The position numbers were made by a program, and so were the translations under genes. 40,034 nucleotides of DNA from the UHGV virus genome UHGV-0388909; one strand, 5' to 3'. The notes beneath the pieces are model-generated. The model was not told where the DNA came from, made no database searches, and saw only the letters and a program-made list of their open reading frames with translations. Positions 26,889 through 38,172 of this stretch are shown in pieces. This DNA is from a virus. The stretch's first letter is position 1. The number at the start of each line of letters is the position of its first letter.

Positions 26889-29359
26889 TGGCTATCAGTT
26901 GGATCCAGCCCAGCTTTGCTGGTGGTGAGATTGGACCGTCGTTGTACGGACGTATCGACATGGCGAAGTACCAGGTGGCATTGCGCAAGTGCGATAACTT
27001 TATCGTGCGGCAGTATGGCGGCGTTGAGAATCGACCTGGTACGCGTTTTGTCGGTGCCGCCAAATATCCAAATCGGAAATGCCGCCTGATCCCGTTCCAG
27101 TTCTCGACGGTTCAGACTTATGCTCTGGAGTTCGGACACCAGTACATGCGCGTTATCAAAGATGGTGCGTTGGTGCTGAACAGCAGCAATGTTATTTATG
27201 AAATTTCCACGCCATATACTGAAGCCGATCTGTTCCGAATTAAATTCACGCAAAGCGCAGACGTGCTTACGCTGGTTCATCCGGCATACCCGCCGAAAGA
27301 GTTGCGCCGCTATGCGCATGACAACTGGCAACTGGTTGATGTGGTAACGAAGAACGGGCCATTTGAAGATATCAATATTGACGAGTCAGTGACGGTTTAT
27401 GCCAGCGCCAGCACCGGGACAATTACGCTAACGGCAAGCGCCTCTATTTTTGGCGCGGAGCAGGTAGGCAAATTGTTCTATCTGGAACAGCCTGCAGTGG
27501 ATTCTGTGCCGGTATGGGAAACCAGTAAGAGTACGTCGATTGGCGATATTCGCCGAGCAGACAGTAACTACTATCGCGCCGTTAAAGCAGGCAAAACAGG
27601 TACTTTGCGCCCTTCGCATACAGAAGGCACATCATGGGATGGCTGGGGCGGATCCGGTGATGATGATACTGGCATTGAGTGGGAATATCTGCACAGTGGT
27701 TTTGGCATTGCCCGTATCACTGCTGCAAATGGAACTACTGCAACTGCCGAGGTGATTTCCTATATCCCTTCGCAGGTAGTTGGCGAGGATAATGCCAGCT
27801 ATAAATGGGCTAAATATGCCTGGAACAGTGTTAATGGTTATCCTGGCACTGTTGTTTATTATCAACAACGTCTTTACTTCGCCGCATCGACTGCGTTTCC
27901 TCAGACTATCTGGGCCAGCCGTACCGGGGATTATAAGGATTTTGGCAAAAGCAATCCTACGCAGGATGACGACAGAATTATCTACACCTATGCCGGGCGT
28001 CAGGTTAATGAGATCCGTCACCTGATTGATGTTGGTTCGCTGGTGGCGCTGACTTCCGGAGGTGAGTACGTCATCACTGGCGACCAGAACAAAGTGCTTA
28101 CCCCATCATCATTTGCATTCAGCTCTCAGGGATCAAATGGCTCGAGCAATGTCCCACCAATTGCCGTGGCGAATATTGCTCTGTTCGTCCAGGAGAAAGG
28201 CAGTGTTGTCCGTGATCTGGCCTACTCATTCGATGTTGACGGCTATCAGGGGAACGACCTGACCATCCTTGCCAATCATCTTTTTCAGAAGCACAGTATT
28301 GTTGACTGGTGCTTCTCTATTGTCCCTTACTCCAGCGCCTTCTGCATTCGTGATGACGGTAAATTACTGGTGATGACCTATTTGCGTGATCAGCAGGTTT
28401 TTGCATGGGCACCACAATCCAGTACCGGAAAATATGAAAGCACATGCAGTATCAGCGAAGGAAATGAAGATGCGGTGTATTTCGTCGTTAACCGAACCGT
28501 TAACGGGCAAACAGTGAGATACATCGAGCGACTGTCCAGCCGTTTATTTACCAGCGATGAAGATGCTTTCTTTGTTGATTCTGGCCTTAGCTATGATGGA
28601 AGAAATACGTCTGACAGAACGATGACCATCACTGGTGGTTCTGGTGAATGGGATTACCGCGCGGAATATACAATCAGTGTTTCTGGTGGTGCGTACTTCA
28701 CCAGTAGTGATGTCGGTGCTCAACTACAGTTCCCTTATACCGGAACTGATCCTGATACTGGCGATGAAGTGTCAAAAGAATTACGTTGCGACATCATTTC
28801 TGTAACCAGCAATACCGCTGTAGTGGTTCGTGCTAACAGGAACGTCCCGCCATCCCTCAGGAATACGGCCACCACGAACTGGCAGATGGCGCGCCGGACA
28901 TTTGGAGGCCTGTCTCATCTTGAAGGACAGACCGTAAACATTCTTTCTGATGCGAATGTTGAGCCACAGAAAGTTGTTTCCGGAGGTGCCGTCACACTGG
29001 AATCTCCGGGGGCTGTAGTGCACATCGGCCTGCCAATAACTGCTGAATTCGAAACACTGGATATCAACATTAACGGACAGGAAACGCTGCTGGACAAAAA
29101 ACAGGTGATCCCCTCCGTTACTCTGGTTGTGAATGCCAGTCGCGGCATCTGGGCGACTACGCCCGGCGGTAAATGGTACGAATATCCACAGCGTGAATTC
29201 GAGTTCTACGATGATCCTGTTGATGACGCTACCGGAAAAGTAGAAGTGAAACTGGACAGTAACTGGGGCAAAAACGGGCGTGTAAAAATCCGTCAGCTTG
29301 ACCCGTTGCCGCTGTCTGTTCTTGCCGTTATTCCTCGCCTTACTGTTGGGGGATTCTGA
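26888..29359 (+). CDS. Large tail protein (T7 gp12-like position)
   Basis: 823 aa; gene order. Confidence 0.45.
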   Translation: MAISWIQPSFAGGEIGPSLYGRIDMAKYQVALRKCDNFIVRQYGGVENRPGTRFVGAAKYPNRKCRLIPFQFSTVQTYALEFGHQYMRVIKDGALVLNSSNVIYEISTPYTEADLFRIKFTQSADVLTLVHPAYPPKELRRYAHDNWQLVDVVTKNGPFEDINIDESVTVYASASTGTITLTASASIFGAEQVGKLFYLEQPAVDSVPVWETSKSTSIGDIRRADSNYYRAVKAGKTGTLRPSHTEGTSWDGWGGSGDDDTGIEWEYLHSGFGIARITAANGTTATAEVISYIPSQVVGEDNASYKWAKYAWNSVNGYPGTVVYYQQRLYFAASTAFPQTIWASRTGDYKDFGKSNPTQDDDRIIYTYAGRQVNEIRHLIDVGSLVALTSGGEYVITGDQNKVLTPSSFAFSSQGSNGSSNVPPIAVANIALFVQEKGSVVRDLAYSFDVDGYQGNDLTILANHLFQKHSIVDWCFSIVPYSSAFCIRDDGKLLVMTYLRDQQVFAWAPQSSTGKYESTCSISEGNEDAVYFVVNRTVNGQTVRYIERLSSRLFTSDEDAFFVDSGLSYDGRNTSDRTMTITGGSGEWDYRAEYTISVSGGAYFTSSDVGAQLQFPYTGTDPDTGDEVSKELRCDIISVTSNTAVVVRANRNVPPSLRNTATTNWQMARRTFGGLSHLEGQTVNILSDANVEPQKVVSGGAVTLESPGAVVHIGLPITAEFETLDININGQETLLDKKQVIPSVTLVVNASRGIWATTPGGKWYEYPQREFEFYDDPVDDATGKVEVKLDSNWGKNGRVKIRQLDPLPLSVLAVIPRLTVGGF

Positions 29360-29823
29360 TGATCGATGTTCAAATTATTCCCGCTACCGAAGAGCATCTT
29401 CAGATGATTTTGCCGGATGTTCGTCAGGCTGATATTGACGAACTGTATGCGGTATCGCTGATGACTACCGAAGATGCGCTGCGCGTTGGTCTTCGCACTG
29501 CGACTATGGCCTGGTCAGGGTTCGCGAACGGAGAACTGGTAACCATGTTTGGTGTATCTCCGGCGTCAATGATCGGTGGCAATGGTACGCCCTGGCTGGT
29601 CGGAACCAGCCGCATCGAAAAATATCAGAAGACATTTCTTCGCCACTGCCGCCCTGTATTGCAGCAGATGCTGGCAGTTTATCCGCGCCTGGAAAACTAT
29701 GTCGACGAGCGAAACCATGTTGCCAAAGCATGGCTGCACTGGCTTGGATTCAGGCTTGAAGAAGCCGCGCCTTATGGTGCTCTTGGTCTTAATTTCCACA
29801 GATTTCACATGGAGAGAAAATAA
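29359..29823 (+). CDS. Virion-associated protein
   Basis: Gene order. Confidence 0.35.
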   Translation: MIDVQIIPATEEHLQMILPDVRQADIDELYAVSLMTTEDALRVGLRTATMAWSGFANGELVTMFGVSPASMIGGNGTPWLVGTSRIEKYQKTFLRHCRPVLQQMLAVYPRLENYVDERNHVAKAWLHWLGFRLEEAAPYGALGLNFHRFHMERK

Positions 29824-30398
29824 TGTGCGATCCGGTTATTGCTGGTGGCGCAATGCTCGCCATGAGTGGCATTCAGGCATACACCCAGTACCAACAGGGA
29901 AAGTATGCCTCGAAGGTTGCAGAAGCGAACGCAGATATAGCCACTGCTCAGGCAAATGATGCAATAAACAGAGGTAACGCTGAAGCTGAGCAACGGCGCA
30001 GAGAGACCCGACAGCGGCTTGGTACTCAAGCGGCGACAATGGGGGCGACCGGCGCCGATTTATCTACCGGTAACGCGCTGGATATATTTGGCGACACTGC
30101 CCAGTTTGGCGCTCTTGATTCGCTGACGACGGTGAATAACGCGCAACGCGAGGCTTACGGTTATCAGGTTCAGGCTGCCAACTATAAAGCAGAAGCCAGT
30201 TCAGCCCGTAAACAGGGGAATGTGGGAGCAGCAACAACATTGCTCACTGCGCCTCTGAAGGCATACGGTGCGTACCAGATGTTTGGTGGGACGTGGAGTC
30301 CGTTCTCTAAAGGAAGTACATCTAGTGGTGGGACGCCAATGTTATCTAACTCAGGTTTTATGAATTCTGACTCCCGATTCAAAATAGGAGGTTACTGA
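29823..30398 (+). CDS. Internal virion / ejection protein (small)
   Basis: Gene order; Ala/Gln-rich. Confidence 0.4.
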   Translation: MCDPVIAGGAMLAMSGIQAYTQYQQGKYASKVAEANADIATAQANDAINRGNAEAEQRRRETRQRLGTQAATMGATGADLSTGNALDIFGDTAQFGALDSLTTVNNAQREAYGYQVQAANYKAEASSARKQGNVGAATTLLTAPLKAYGAYQMFGGTWSPFSKGSTSSGGTPMLSNSGFMNSDSRFKIGGY

Positions 30399-33145
30399 TG
30401 CCTGTTGTTCCTACTACATCCGGACGCCAGGTGCAAAGTCGTGGTGTGCAAACCGGTGGTTTTCAAACCTTCGATGTTCCTCAAGCAGGTCAGGTGCTGG
30501 CGAATGTCGCAGATCAGTATGCGGTGGCATATGGTGAAGCCAGGCAGAAAGCGAATGTTGCTATGGCCCAGGAGGCGTTACTGCAATTTAACCAATTTGC
30601 AGATGACCAGATTAACAACCCAGAAAATGGGCTGATTTCTAAACAGGGTAAAAACGCTCTTGGTCAGAGTGACGCTGTTATGAAAAATATGCAGGAAAGG
30701 GCTCAGGCATTATTAGGCTCAATTCCTGAAAGTGAGGAAAGGAATAAATTATCCTTTCAACTCCAGCAGTCTATGCAGTCTTATTACAATCAGGCACGTC
30801 GATATGAAGTTGGGCAGTTTCAGCAATTCCAAGATCAAACGTATTTGTCAGGAAATGCATTGGCTGTCACTCAGTCTGCGGGGCTATATAGCGATAACCA
30901 AGCATTTGTCGATTTAGCCAAGCAGCGATTTGAATCTATTGATCAATACGCTGATGCGCATGGGCTTCCTGATGAGTGGCGTGTTCAGCAGAAAACTCAG
31001 CTCAAGGAACAAATGGGGCAGCAAGCATGGATAGGAAATATCGCTCAAAAATACAACGAGTTTCTTCAGGTTAATGGAGAGCCAGGGGATCTTGACGGTG
31101 TGAGCCGTGCAATGTCACATGGTAATTCATTGGATGCTCGTGGTTTACGTAATAATAATCCTGGTAATATTGAAGCGAGCAAATCTAACCCGTGGGAAGG
31201 TCAGATCGGTAGCGATGGACGTTTTGCAACGTTTGCTACCCCTGAGCATGGAATCCGCGCGTTGGGTAAAAATATGTTGTCTTACCAGCGTCAAGGCTAT
31301 GACACCGTTAGCGAGATTGTTAATCGTTATGCTCCGGCTAGTGATGGTAATAATACTGATGCTTATATTAGGGCATTGTGTGGTGAGCTTGGTGTTGGGG
31401 AGAATGATCAGCTTGATATCTCTAACCCAAAGACACTAGCTGCTTTATGTGCTGGGATTATTAAACACGAAAATGGCAGTATGCCTTATAGCACCGAACA
31501 GCTTGAAACTGGTATCTCGGCAGCCCTTGGTCTAACTAACCTTGATTCACCTAAGCGTTATACGGGCAATGCGGCATTTGATGCTATGAGCCCTCAAATG
31601 CAAATACAGGCATTGAGGCAGGCTAATGAGCTGAGAAATCAGTACCGCCAGCAGTATGCGGACCAGCTTAGCACCGTAGTTAAAGATGCATATTCAGCCC
31701 TTGATGAAGGATTGAAACCTGAGCAGTTACCTTCTGAGGACGATTTTATCCGGGCCAATGGTCCGCGCATTGGCGCTATGAAGTGGAAGGATATGCAGGC
31801 GCAGATACAATATGGAGGTGTCATTGGTGCCGCTAAAGACCTCACTCCAGAAGGACGACAAGACATTCTTGAACGTTTACGTCCACAGGATCCAAACGCT
31901 CCTGGATTTGCAGCTAACCAGCAACGCTGGGAGAAAATGCAGGCCAAATTTAAAGAGATGGATAGGGAGTGGGAGATTCAGCAGGGAAGAAACAGGTTCG
32001 TGTCTTCAATGCAAAATAACTTCCCGCTGGACCCGAACGACAAAAACAATCAGGCAGTGGTAGACCGTTATTTCGCGCAGGATATCGCGCCTTCGTTTTC
32101 CATATCTGATCCGCAGAGCATCAATACACTGGTCACCGTCACAACTAAAAGCGGCATGATACCAACTCAGGTTAAAACAATGCTTAACAGTGGAGCAACA
32201 TCAAGAGATCCTGCGCTGGTTGTCCCGATGGCAAAATTCTACGGTCAGTTATTCGATAATAATCCGGCGGCAGCGGCAACACTTGATAAAAGTACGATGG
32301 CATTTTACGGCAAGGTTTACGATTATTCCCGCGCTGGCGTGCCGGAGGATAAGGCTGTTGATATGGCTTACAGCCAGGTGTTCCAACAGGATGACCGAAT
32401 GAAACAGATGCTTTCCACTGCCATGCGAGACAAAAAATATGTCGCGGCGAGGGCAACTGCTGCACAAAATAACGCCAGCAGTCTGACTTCCTTTGGTTCG
32501 TGGTCTCCGGATATTACCGATCCAGGAAAATCAAATGCGGCCTATCAGCGAGATTACCAGACAATTTACGATGCTAACTTTGTACAGACAGGTGGCGATG
32601 CAGAACAGGCTGAGAAAATGACCAATGCCATGATCAGAACCACTTGGGGAGTTTCTACGGTTAATGGCAAAGCAGAGGTTATGAAGTATGCACCTGAGGC
32701 ATTGTACGGAGTAAATAATGGTGCTGGTAACTGGATACAGGGGCAGTGGGAGCAGGAAAAACGCGAGCTTAAATCAAAATCCTTTGGCGGTCCTCGCAGT
32801 GATACGGACTTAATACTTGTTTCTGATGGCCTTACGGCAAGGGATAGGAGTTATGCTGTTATGGTTTTACAGCCTGACGCAAACGGAGCGATAGAACCGA
32901 GAAATTATATTGGAGAAAATGGTCTCCCTGTTCGTTTCAAGCCGGATCAGCTGACATCTCCAATGTACAGGCAAACCATTCAGTTCCAGCAACAGCGTGT
33001 TGATGAGGCTAGAGTGCGGAGAGAAGGCAATCCGCTGCCGCAGTTCAGCAATAAAGATGGATATACTCCTCCAGATCTGACCAAACCATTCGGTTATGGT
33101 TCAGCCAATTACCTTCCGAGCAATATATACGCAGGGGGCAAATAA
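30398..33145 (+). CDS. Internal virion / ejection protein (915 aa)
   Basis: Gene order and size; contains LRNNNPGNI-type segment. Confidence 0.45.
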   Translation: MPVVPTTSGRQVQSRGVQTGGFQTFDVPQAGQVLANVADQYAVAYGEARQKANVAMAQEALLQFNQFADDQINNPENGLISKQGKNALGQSDAVMKNMQERAQALLGSIPESEERNKLSFQLQQSMQSYYNQARRYEVGQFQQFQDQTYLSGNALAVTQSAGLYSDNQAFVDLAKQRFESIDQYADAHGLPDEWRVQQKTQLKEQMGQQAWIGNIAQKYNEFLQVNGEPGDLDGVSRAMSHGNSLDARGLRNNNPGNIEASKSNPWEGQIGSDGRFATFATPEHGIRALGKNMLSYQRQGYDTVSEIVNRYAPASDGNNTDAYIRALCGELGVGENDQLDISNPKTLAALCAGIIKHENGSMPYSTEQLETGISAALGLTNLDSPKRYTGNAAFDAMSPQMQIQALRQANELRNQYRQQYADQLSTVVKDAYSALDEGLKPEQLPSEDDFIRANGPRIGAMKWKDMQAQIQYGGVIGAAKDLTPEGRQDILERLRPQDPNAPGFAANQQRWEKMQAKFKEMDREWEIQQGRNRFVSSMQNNFPLDPNDKNNQAVVDRYFAQDIAPSFSISDPQSINTLVTVTTKSGMIPTQVKTMLNSGATSRDPALVVPMAKFYGQLFDNNPAAAATLDKSTMAFYGKVYDYSRAGVPEDKAVDMAYSQVFQQDDRMKQMLSTAMRDKKYVAARATAAQNNASSLTSFGSWSPDITDPGKSNAAYQRDYQTIYDANFVQTGGDAEQAEKMTNAMIRTTWGVSTVNGKAEVMKYAPEALYGVNNGAGNWIQGQWEQEKRELKSKSFGGPRSDTDLILVSDGLTARDRSYAVMVLQPDANGAIEPRNYIGENGLPVRFKPDQLTSPMYRQTIQFQQQRVDEARVRREGNPLPQFSNKDGYTPPDLTKPFGYGSANYLPSNIYAGGK

Positions 33146-36100
33146 TGCCGATATATGAACAGGATCCTAAAGAGTTGCTTGGCGAGGATATTCAGCAAAT
33201 AGCAGCACCTGATGACAGTAATTTCTATATGGAAACACCTTCTTTGCTTTCTGCTGTGAACCCATTTACCAGTGATCAACGCGTTCAAAGGTCTAGACAA
33301 GCAGCATTTCGTATAGATAACACGCTGGGTAGCTTTATTGCCAGTGCTCCTTTCAGTCAGTTTGACAGGGTTGAAGGATATAACCCATTTGATAACGATG
33401 CAGCAGATATTAAAGGCTATGAAGATTTTGCAGATTCGTTTATCAACTCCGGTTCGCATGAAGAAACAATGGCAATTAAACATCGAATCGATAAGCAAAG
33501 AACAGATAGAGAATATCTATCTGAAATGGGTGGTGCTGGTACTATTTCAAGCTTAGCAATGGGAATGATAGACCCGGTTAATGTGGCTGCAATGTTCATC
33601 CCTGTAGGGGCGGTAGCGCGTGGAGGAAGTATTGCTGAGACGGCAGGGCGTTTTGCCCTGGCGAATGCTGCTGGTGGGGGAGTATCAGAAGCCGCATTAC
33701 AGGCCACTCAGGAAGCTCGCTCACCGATGGAGAGCGTATCGAACGTTGTTGTTGATGCTCTCGTTGGTGGGATCCTTGGTGCTGGTGCACAGCTACTTGC
33801 TGGACCTAGCGCGCGCGAGGCAGTGGTTAACTCAGTAGGTAATCATTTGCGAGGTATGGATTCTCCTCAAAGCATTGGTGCAGCTCAGGTTTTCAATACC
33901 ACACTCGATCAGGAACAGCTCGCTGGACTTGGACTTGCTAACAAAACGTTGAGTGTCACTCCTGCTGGCCGCTTGGCGCAATCACCATCTCTTGTCTCCC
34001 GTCAGATTAACCAGCAGCTTGCCGAAAATAACTATTTCTTCGCCAAAAATGATGAGGGGTTGGCTACGTTTACGGCAGTCGAGACTAAGATTAAGCAATA
34101 CGACGCCATGCTTTATAAGCAGATGGAAGCCACTCGTGATGCTTATCAGCAGTACAGCAAATCTGTTAGCGCCCGCGGCGTGAAGAGGATGAACTTTATT
34201 GATTTCAATGAAGCTGTTGGCATGGCCATGCGCCGTGGTGATCAGAGTGATATTCCTGAGGTTTCACAAGCAGCCGCCAGAATCCGCCCCATTTTCGAGA
34301 TCACAAAAGCCCGTATGCAGGAACTGGGGATCCTTCCTGAGGATATCGATGTCGTGACGGCGAAAAGTTATCTTCCCCGCATTTATAAGTTCGATAAGAT
34401 ACTTTCCGACCGCACTGAATTCAGAGGGCGAATTGCCAACTGGATACAAGGGATTAGTGCCAAAGGTGCTGACAAGGCAGGTCAGCGAATTGAAAGGATA
34501 AATTCATTGCTAAAAACTGCAGAGGAATCGGCACCGCGCGCTGATGCTCTCGCTAGTGAAATCGCTGAAGCGGAGAAATGGTCTGGTAAAAAAATTCTAC
34601 TCATGGAAGAACTGGATAAACGAAATAAGCTTATATCTCAGGAGACTGACACACAGGCGCGTCTTACAAGAATAGAAAAAGAGTTGGCCGAGACTTCATC
34701 AGAAAAACTTCAGGCAAGAATGATGAAAGAAAGCTCTGACCTTAAAACACGCCTTGATGATATAGCGCAGGCAAAGAGTGAGCTTCCTGTCTATCAGCGC
34801 CATATGGAGTTGCTGGATAATCCACGGAAATATCGTTCTGAGCTTCGCCGACTGCAAAAACGGGCAAATTCAACCACAAGGCTGAATGCAAGCCGCGAAC
34901 GAGCACTGAAGCAGATGGAGCCTCTATCCCGAGAGGAAGCAGAGGACGCTGCTGACGAGATCGTGAATAAAATAATAGGCGCACCTTCCGGGCTTGTACC
35001 AGCCGATATTATCCCAGAGAGACTCGTTGGTCGGGCTGGTTTCACTAAAAGCAGAACGCTGCTTATTCCTGATGAGCGTATAGAAGATTTTCTTGAATCA
35101 GATGTTAACTACATCATGGAAAGTTATCTCCGGCAGGTGGCACCAGAAATTGAGCTGACTGCGCAGTTTGGCCGTAAAGATATGGGGGAGCAAATCCGTC
35201 AGGTTAGTGAGGAATATACCCGGCTAATAAAAGAGGCTAAAACACCTAAACGACGTGCAGTTCTTGAGAAGCAACGGGAGGCTGATATTAGGGATATTAC
35301 GGCTATGCGTGATCGACTGCTTGGTACTTACGGTGCACCTCAAGATCCACGCAGTTTCTTTGTTCGTGCCGGGCGAGTTGCTAGGAATATTAACTTCCTC
35401 CGTTTGCTTGGTGGAATGACTGTCTCCGCTGCAACTGATCTGATGCGACCGATGATGCAGCATGGCCTGAGAAAATCTCTCGGACCAATGGTAAGCATGC
35501 TTAAAAATATGGACTCAGTGAAAATTGCAACCAGGGATTTGCGAGAAATGGCCGTTGGGCTTGATTATGTCCTGTCTACGCGTACAAAGGCTATAGCGGA
35601 TCTTACTGACCCCTATAGCCGGAGAAGCGCCGCTGAGCGAGGTCTGAACTGGATGACGCAGAAATTCGGTAACTGGACGCTGATGAATCAGTGGAACAGC
35701 GCACTTAAATCATGGTCTGGGATGATAGTGCAGTCGAGGATACTTGACGCGGCTCGCCAAGTTTCTGCTGGTGGCACGCTCTCCAAAAGTGAAATGCGGA
35801 AGATGGCACAGGTCGGCATCAATGAAGATGTTCTGCGTCGAATCGGGGAGCAATTCGGGAAGCACGGAGAGGATATGGACGGGCTGTTAACCGGGCATAG
35901 TCATCTGTGGGATGACCGTTTCGCTAGAGAGATTTTCCAGTCTGCAGTGCTGAAAGATGTAGACTCAGTGATTGTAACGCCTGGCGTAGGTGATACACCG
36001 CTGTTTTTTAGTAAAGAAGGCTGGAAGATGATCACGCAGTTCAAAACGTTTATCTTCGCACAGCATAACAGGGTGCTGGTATCTGGTATCCAGCAGGGCG

Positions 36101-36534
36101 ATGCTGCATTCTATCTTGGTGCGCTTGGCACGATTGCGCTTGGCTCAATGGTCTATATGATGAAACAGAAGTTAAGCGGTCGCGATATTGACTACAGCTG
36201 GAATAACCTTGTGAAAGAGGGGATCGACCGGGGCGGAATGCTTGGCTGGCTCTCTGAGCCGCTGAATACCGTTGAGAACATAAGCGGTGGTAGGTTTGGT
36301 CTTGGCGCGATGTTTGGTGCGCCTCCGGTATCAAGGTTTCAGAGTCGTAATGCTATTGGTGCTTTACTTGGTCCTACCTTTGATCTTGGCGGTGATGCCG
36401 CGACGGTTGCGAATGGTGTACTTAACGGAGAATTTGACAGCCAGCAAACCCACGCGGTCCGTAAAATGCTACCTTTTCAGAACCTGTGGGCGATATCACC
36501 ATTACTAAATAAAGTTGAAGAGCAGATGAAATAG
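33145..36534 (+). CDS. Large internal virion / DNA-ejection protein (1129 aa)
   Basis: Gene order; coiled-coil-rich centre. Confidence 0.45.
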   Translation: MPIYEQDPKELLGEDIQQIAAPDDSNFYMETPSLLSAVNPFTSDQRVQRSRQAAFRIDNTLGSFIASAPFSQFDRVEGYNPFDNDAADIKGYEDFADSFINSGSHEETMAIKHRIDKQRTDREYLSEMGGAGTISSLAMGMIDPVNVAAMFIPVGAVARGGSIAETAGRFALANAAGGGVSEAALQATQEARSPMESVSNVVVDALVGGILGAGAQLLAGPSAREAVVNSVGNHLRGMDSPQSIGAAQVFNTTLDQEQLAGLGLANKTLSVTPAGRLAQSPSLVSRQINQQLAENNYFFAKNDEGLATFTAVETKIKQYDAMLYKQMEATRDAYQQYSKSVSARGVKRMNFIDFNEAVGMAMRRGDQSDIPEVSQAAARIRPIFEITKARMQELGILPEDIDVVTAKSYLPRIYKFDKILSDRTEFRGRIANWIQGISAKGADKAGQRIERINSLLKTAEESAPRADALASEIAEAEKWSGKKILLMEELDKRNKLISQETDTQARLTRIEKELAETSSEKLQARMMKESSDLKTRLDDIAQAKSELPVYQRHMELLDNPRKYRSELRRLQKRANSTTRLNASRERALKQMEPLSREEAEDAADEIVNKIIGAPSGLVPADIIPERLVGRAGFTKSRTLLIPDERIEDFLESDVNYIMESYLRQVAPEIELTAQFGRKDMGEQIRQVSEEYTRLIKEAKTPKRRAVLEKQREADIRDITAMRDRLLGTYGAPQDPRSFFVRAGRVARNINFLRLLGGMTVSAATDLMRPMMQHGLRKSLGPMVSMLKNMDSVKIATRDLREMAVGLDYVLSTRTKAIADLTDPYSRRSAAERGLNWMTQKFGNWTLMNQWNSALKSWSGMIVQSRILDAARQVSAGGTLSKSEMRKMAQVGINEDVLRRIGEQFGKHGEDMDGLLTGHSHLWDDRFAREIFQSAVLKDVDSVIVTPGVGDTPLFFSKEGWKMITQFKTFIFAQHNRVLVSGIQQGDAAFYLGALGTIALGSMVYMMKQKLSGRDIDYSWNNLVKEGIDRGGMLGWLSEPLNTVENISGGRFGLGAMFGAPPVSRFQSRNAIGALLGPTFDLGGDAATVANGVLNGEFDSQQTHAVRKMLPFQNLWAISPLLNKVEEQMK

Positions 36535-36535
36535 G

Positions 36536-37387
36536 ATGAAAAAAATAAATTTGTTTTTTGGCATAGTGCTTTCAATAGTCTCTGTAAATCCTACAGCTGC
36601 CAGTTCATTGCAATGCAATAAGGATAACTTTGATGCATGCAAAACGTGTGAACAATTATCAAAGGCTATCGACTTAAAAGAACCTAATCGTGGCGATTAC
36701 TATAGAGGGGCTTTATGGAATGGGCTTTACGCCTCTTATGTAATTAATTGCCCTGTGGTTGCTGAGAAGTTACTGAGCCATGGTGCTATACCATCATATG
36801 GCGGATATATGGGGTCTATGGGGGCGGTTCTGACAGGAAAATGGCCTCATAACAATGAATCAATAAATCTTTCATGGGCAGATTTGCTTATAAAACATGG
36901 ATTTGATGTTAATAGGCATACGGGGAATTATAAATCAGCTACTGAAGTATGGGCTATAGATAAAAAACAGATTGAATATAAGTCAGTTTTTGACAAGTTA
37001 ATTCAATCCAGCGAAGTAAAACCACTCGATCCTTCAAGAAATTTAGAATGGTGTGCGTCTGAAGGGTATCGCTCAGTTGTCGTTTATTCCCTTAACTCAT
37101 GTATAGAAAATGCTATAAAACGTTTGGATGATGGTGTTTCTTCAGCGTCTGATATTTCATCAGCAGCCGTAAATTCCTGTACTAGCGATGTAGAAAATTT
37201 CAATAAGCATTTGGCATGCAAAGCAGCTGTTAAAGAAAACTCTGATAAAGAGAGAAGCGACGTTTACCAGTTATTAACCAGTGATAGTCAAATGAATAAA
37301 AATGTTATTGATATGCTGAAGGAAAGAAATATTGAAACGGTTCTTGAATTTAGAGCTGAAAATCGATCAGCGAAAACTGCACAGTGA
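36536..37387 (+). CDS. AT-rich moron: secreted protein with possible ankyrin-like repeats
   Basis: N-terminal signal peptide; visibly lower GC than neighbours; motifs AEKLLSHGA and ADLLIKHGFDVN. Confidence 0.45.
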   Translation: MKKINLFFGIVLSIVSVNPTAASSLQCNKDNFDACKTCEQLSKAIDLKEPNRGDYYRGALWNGLYASYVINCPVVAEKLLSHGAIPSYGGYMGSMGAVLTGKWPHNNESINLSWADLLIKHGFDVNRHTGNYKSATEVWAIDKKQIEYKSVFDKLIQSSEVKPLDPSRNLEWCASEGYRSVVVYSLNSCIENAIKRLDDGVSSASDISSAAVNSCTSDVENFNKHLACKAAVKENSDKERSDVYQLLTSDSQMNKNVIDMLKERNIETVLEFRAENRSAKTAQ

Positions 37388-37416
37388 TCAAACAGGCCGC
37401 TTTCGCGGCCTTGTTT

Positions 37417-37578
37417 TTAACGAATGCCACCGCCGCCCGGGCGGGAATCCGCAGAACGCCCACCGCAGCGGGAGCCGTCAGCAGCAGTATCGCTGTCGTG
37501 CTGACAACGACCGGCAAAGGCCTGAGTTGAAGCTACCAGAGACAACAAAACGAACAGTGCAGCAAATGCTTTTTTCAT
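37417..37578 (-). CDS. Small secreted peptide (about 53 aa with signal peptide)
   Basis: Signal sequence then Gly/Arg/Cys-rich tail; start at internal ATG 37578. Confidence 0.35.
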   Translation of the reverse strand: MKKAFAALFVLLSLVASTQAFAGRCQHDSDTAADGSRCGGRSADSRPGGGGIR

Positions 37579-37659
37579 TGTGAAATTTCCATCTATAAAC
37601 CACCTCAATGTGGCGTCAATGAGTGTAGCACTGACTTTTGTTTCGTCCATAAAAAACTA

Positions 37660-38172
37660 CTATGCAGGCTTTTTGGATTTGTACGAATAATCCCACGGAT
37701 AAACATTTCTACTAAGTGGAGCTGTATTCGTTCGTTCATGAAATAATTTTGTGAAATTCAATACGGAATCCATCCAAACTTTTGCGTTAGCTTTGGTGTG
37801 TGCGGGCGGGTCCCAATAAGCTAGTAAGGCTGCATCTCTTATTTCATTGACTGCATATATGAGATATGCGTTACTGGTTGGTTTTGGCCTGTAATTTCCT
37901 TGTTCATCAATCAATCCATATGACCACTCATCCCAACACTGTTCAGTACATGAGTATGAATATGATGCATATTCACCAATATTGACATGAACCTTTCTGA
38001 GATGGAAGCCTAATACTTCCTCTGGTCTTTCAAAAAGAGTATCTTTTCCCAGATCAGGATGATGACCATGACGCCAGTGTTGTTTAAAAGCATCTTTTAG
38101 CGAAATCAGAAAGTCATCAGTTTTAAACTCACCAGTAGGTATAACCTTCCCGCTATACTCACTCAAAAACAT
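37660..38172 (-). CDS. YafO-like toxin candidate
   Basis: Recalled resemblance to E. coli YafO blocks; overlaps the upstream gene. Confidence 0.4.
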   Translation of the reverse strand: MFLSEYSGKVIPTGEFKTDDFLISLKDAFKQHWRHGHHPDLGKDTLFERPEEVLGFHLRKVHVNIGEYASYSYSCTEQCWDEWSYGLIDEQGNYRPKPTSNAYLIYAVNEIRDAALLAYWDPPAHTKANAKVWMDSVLNFTKLFHERTNTAPLSRNVYPWDYSYKSKKPA

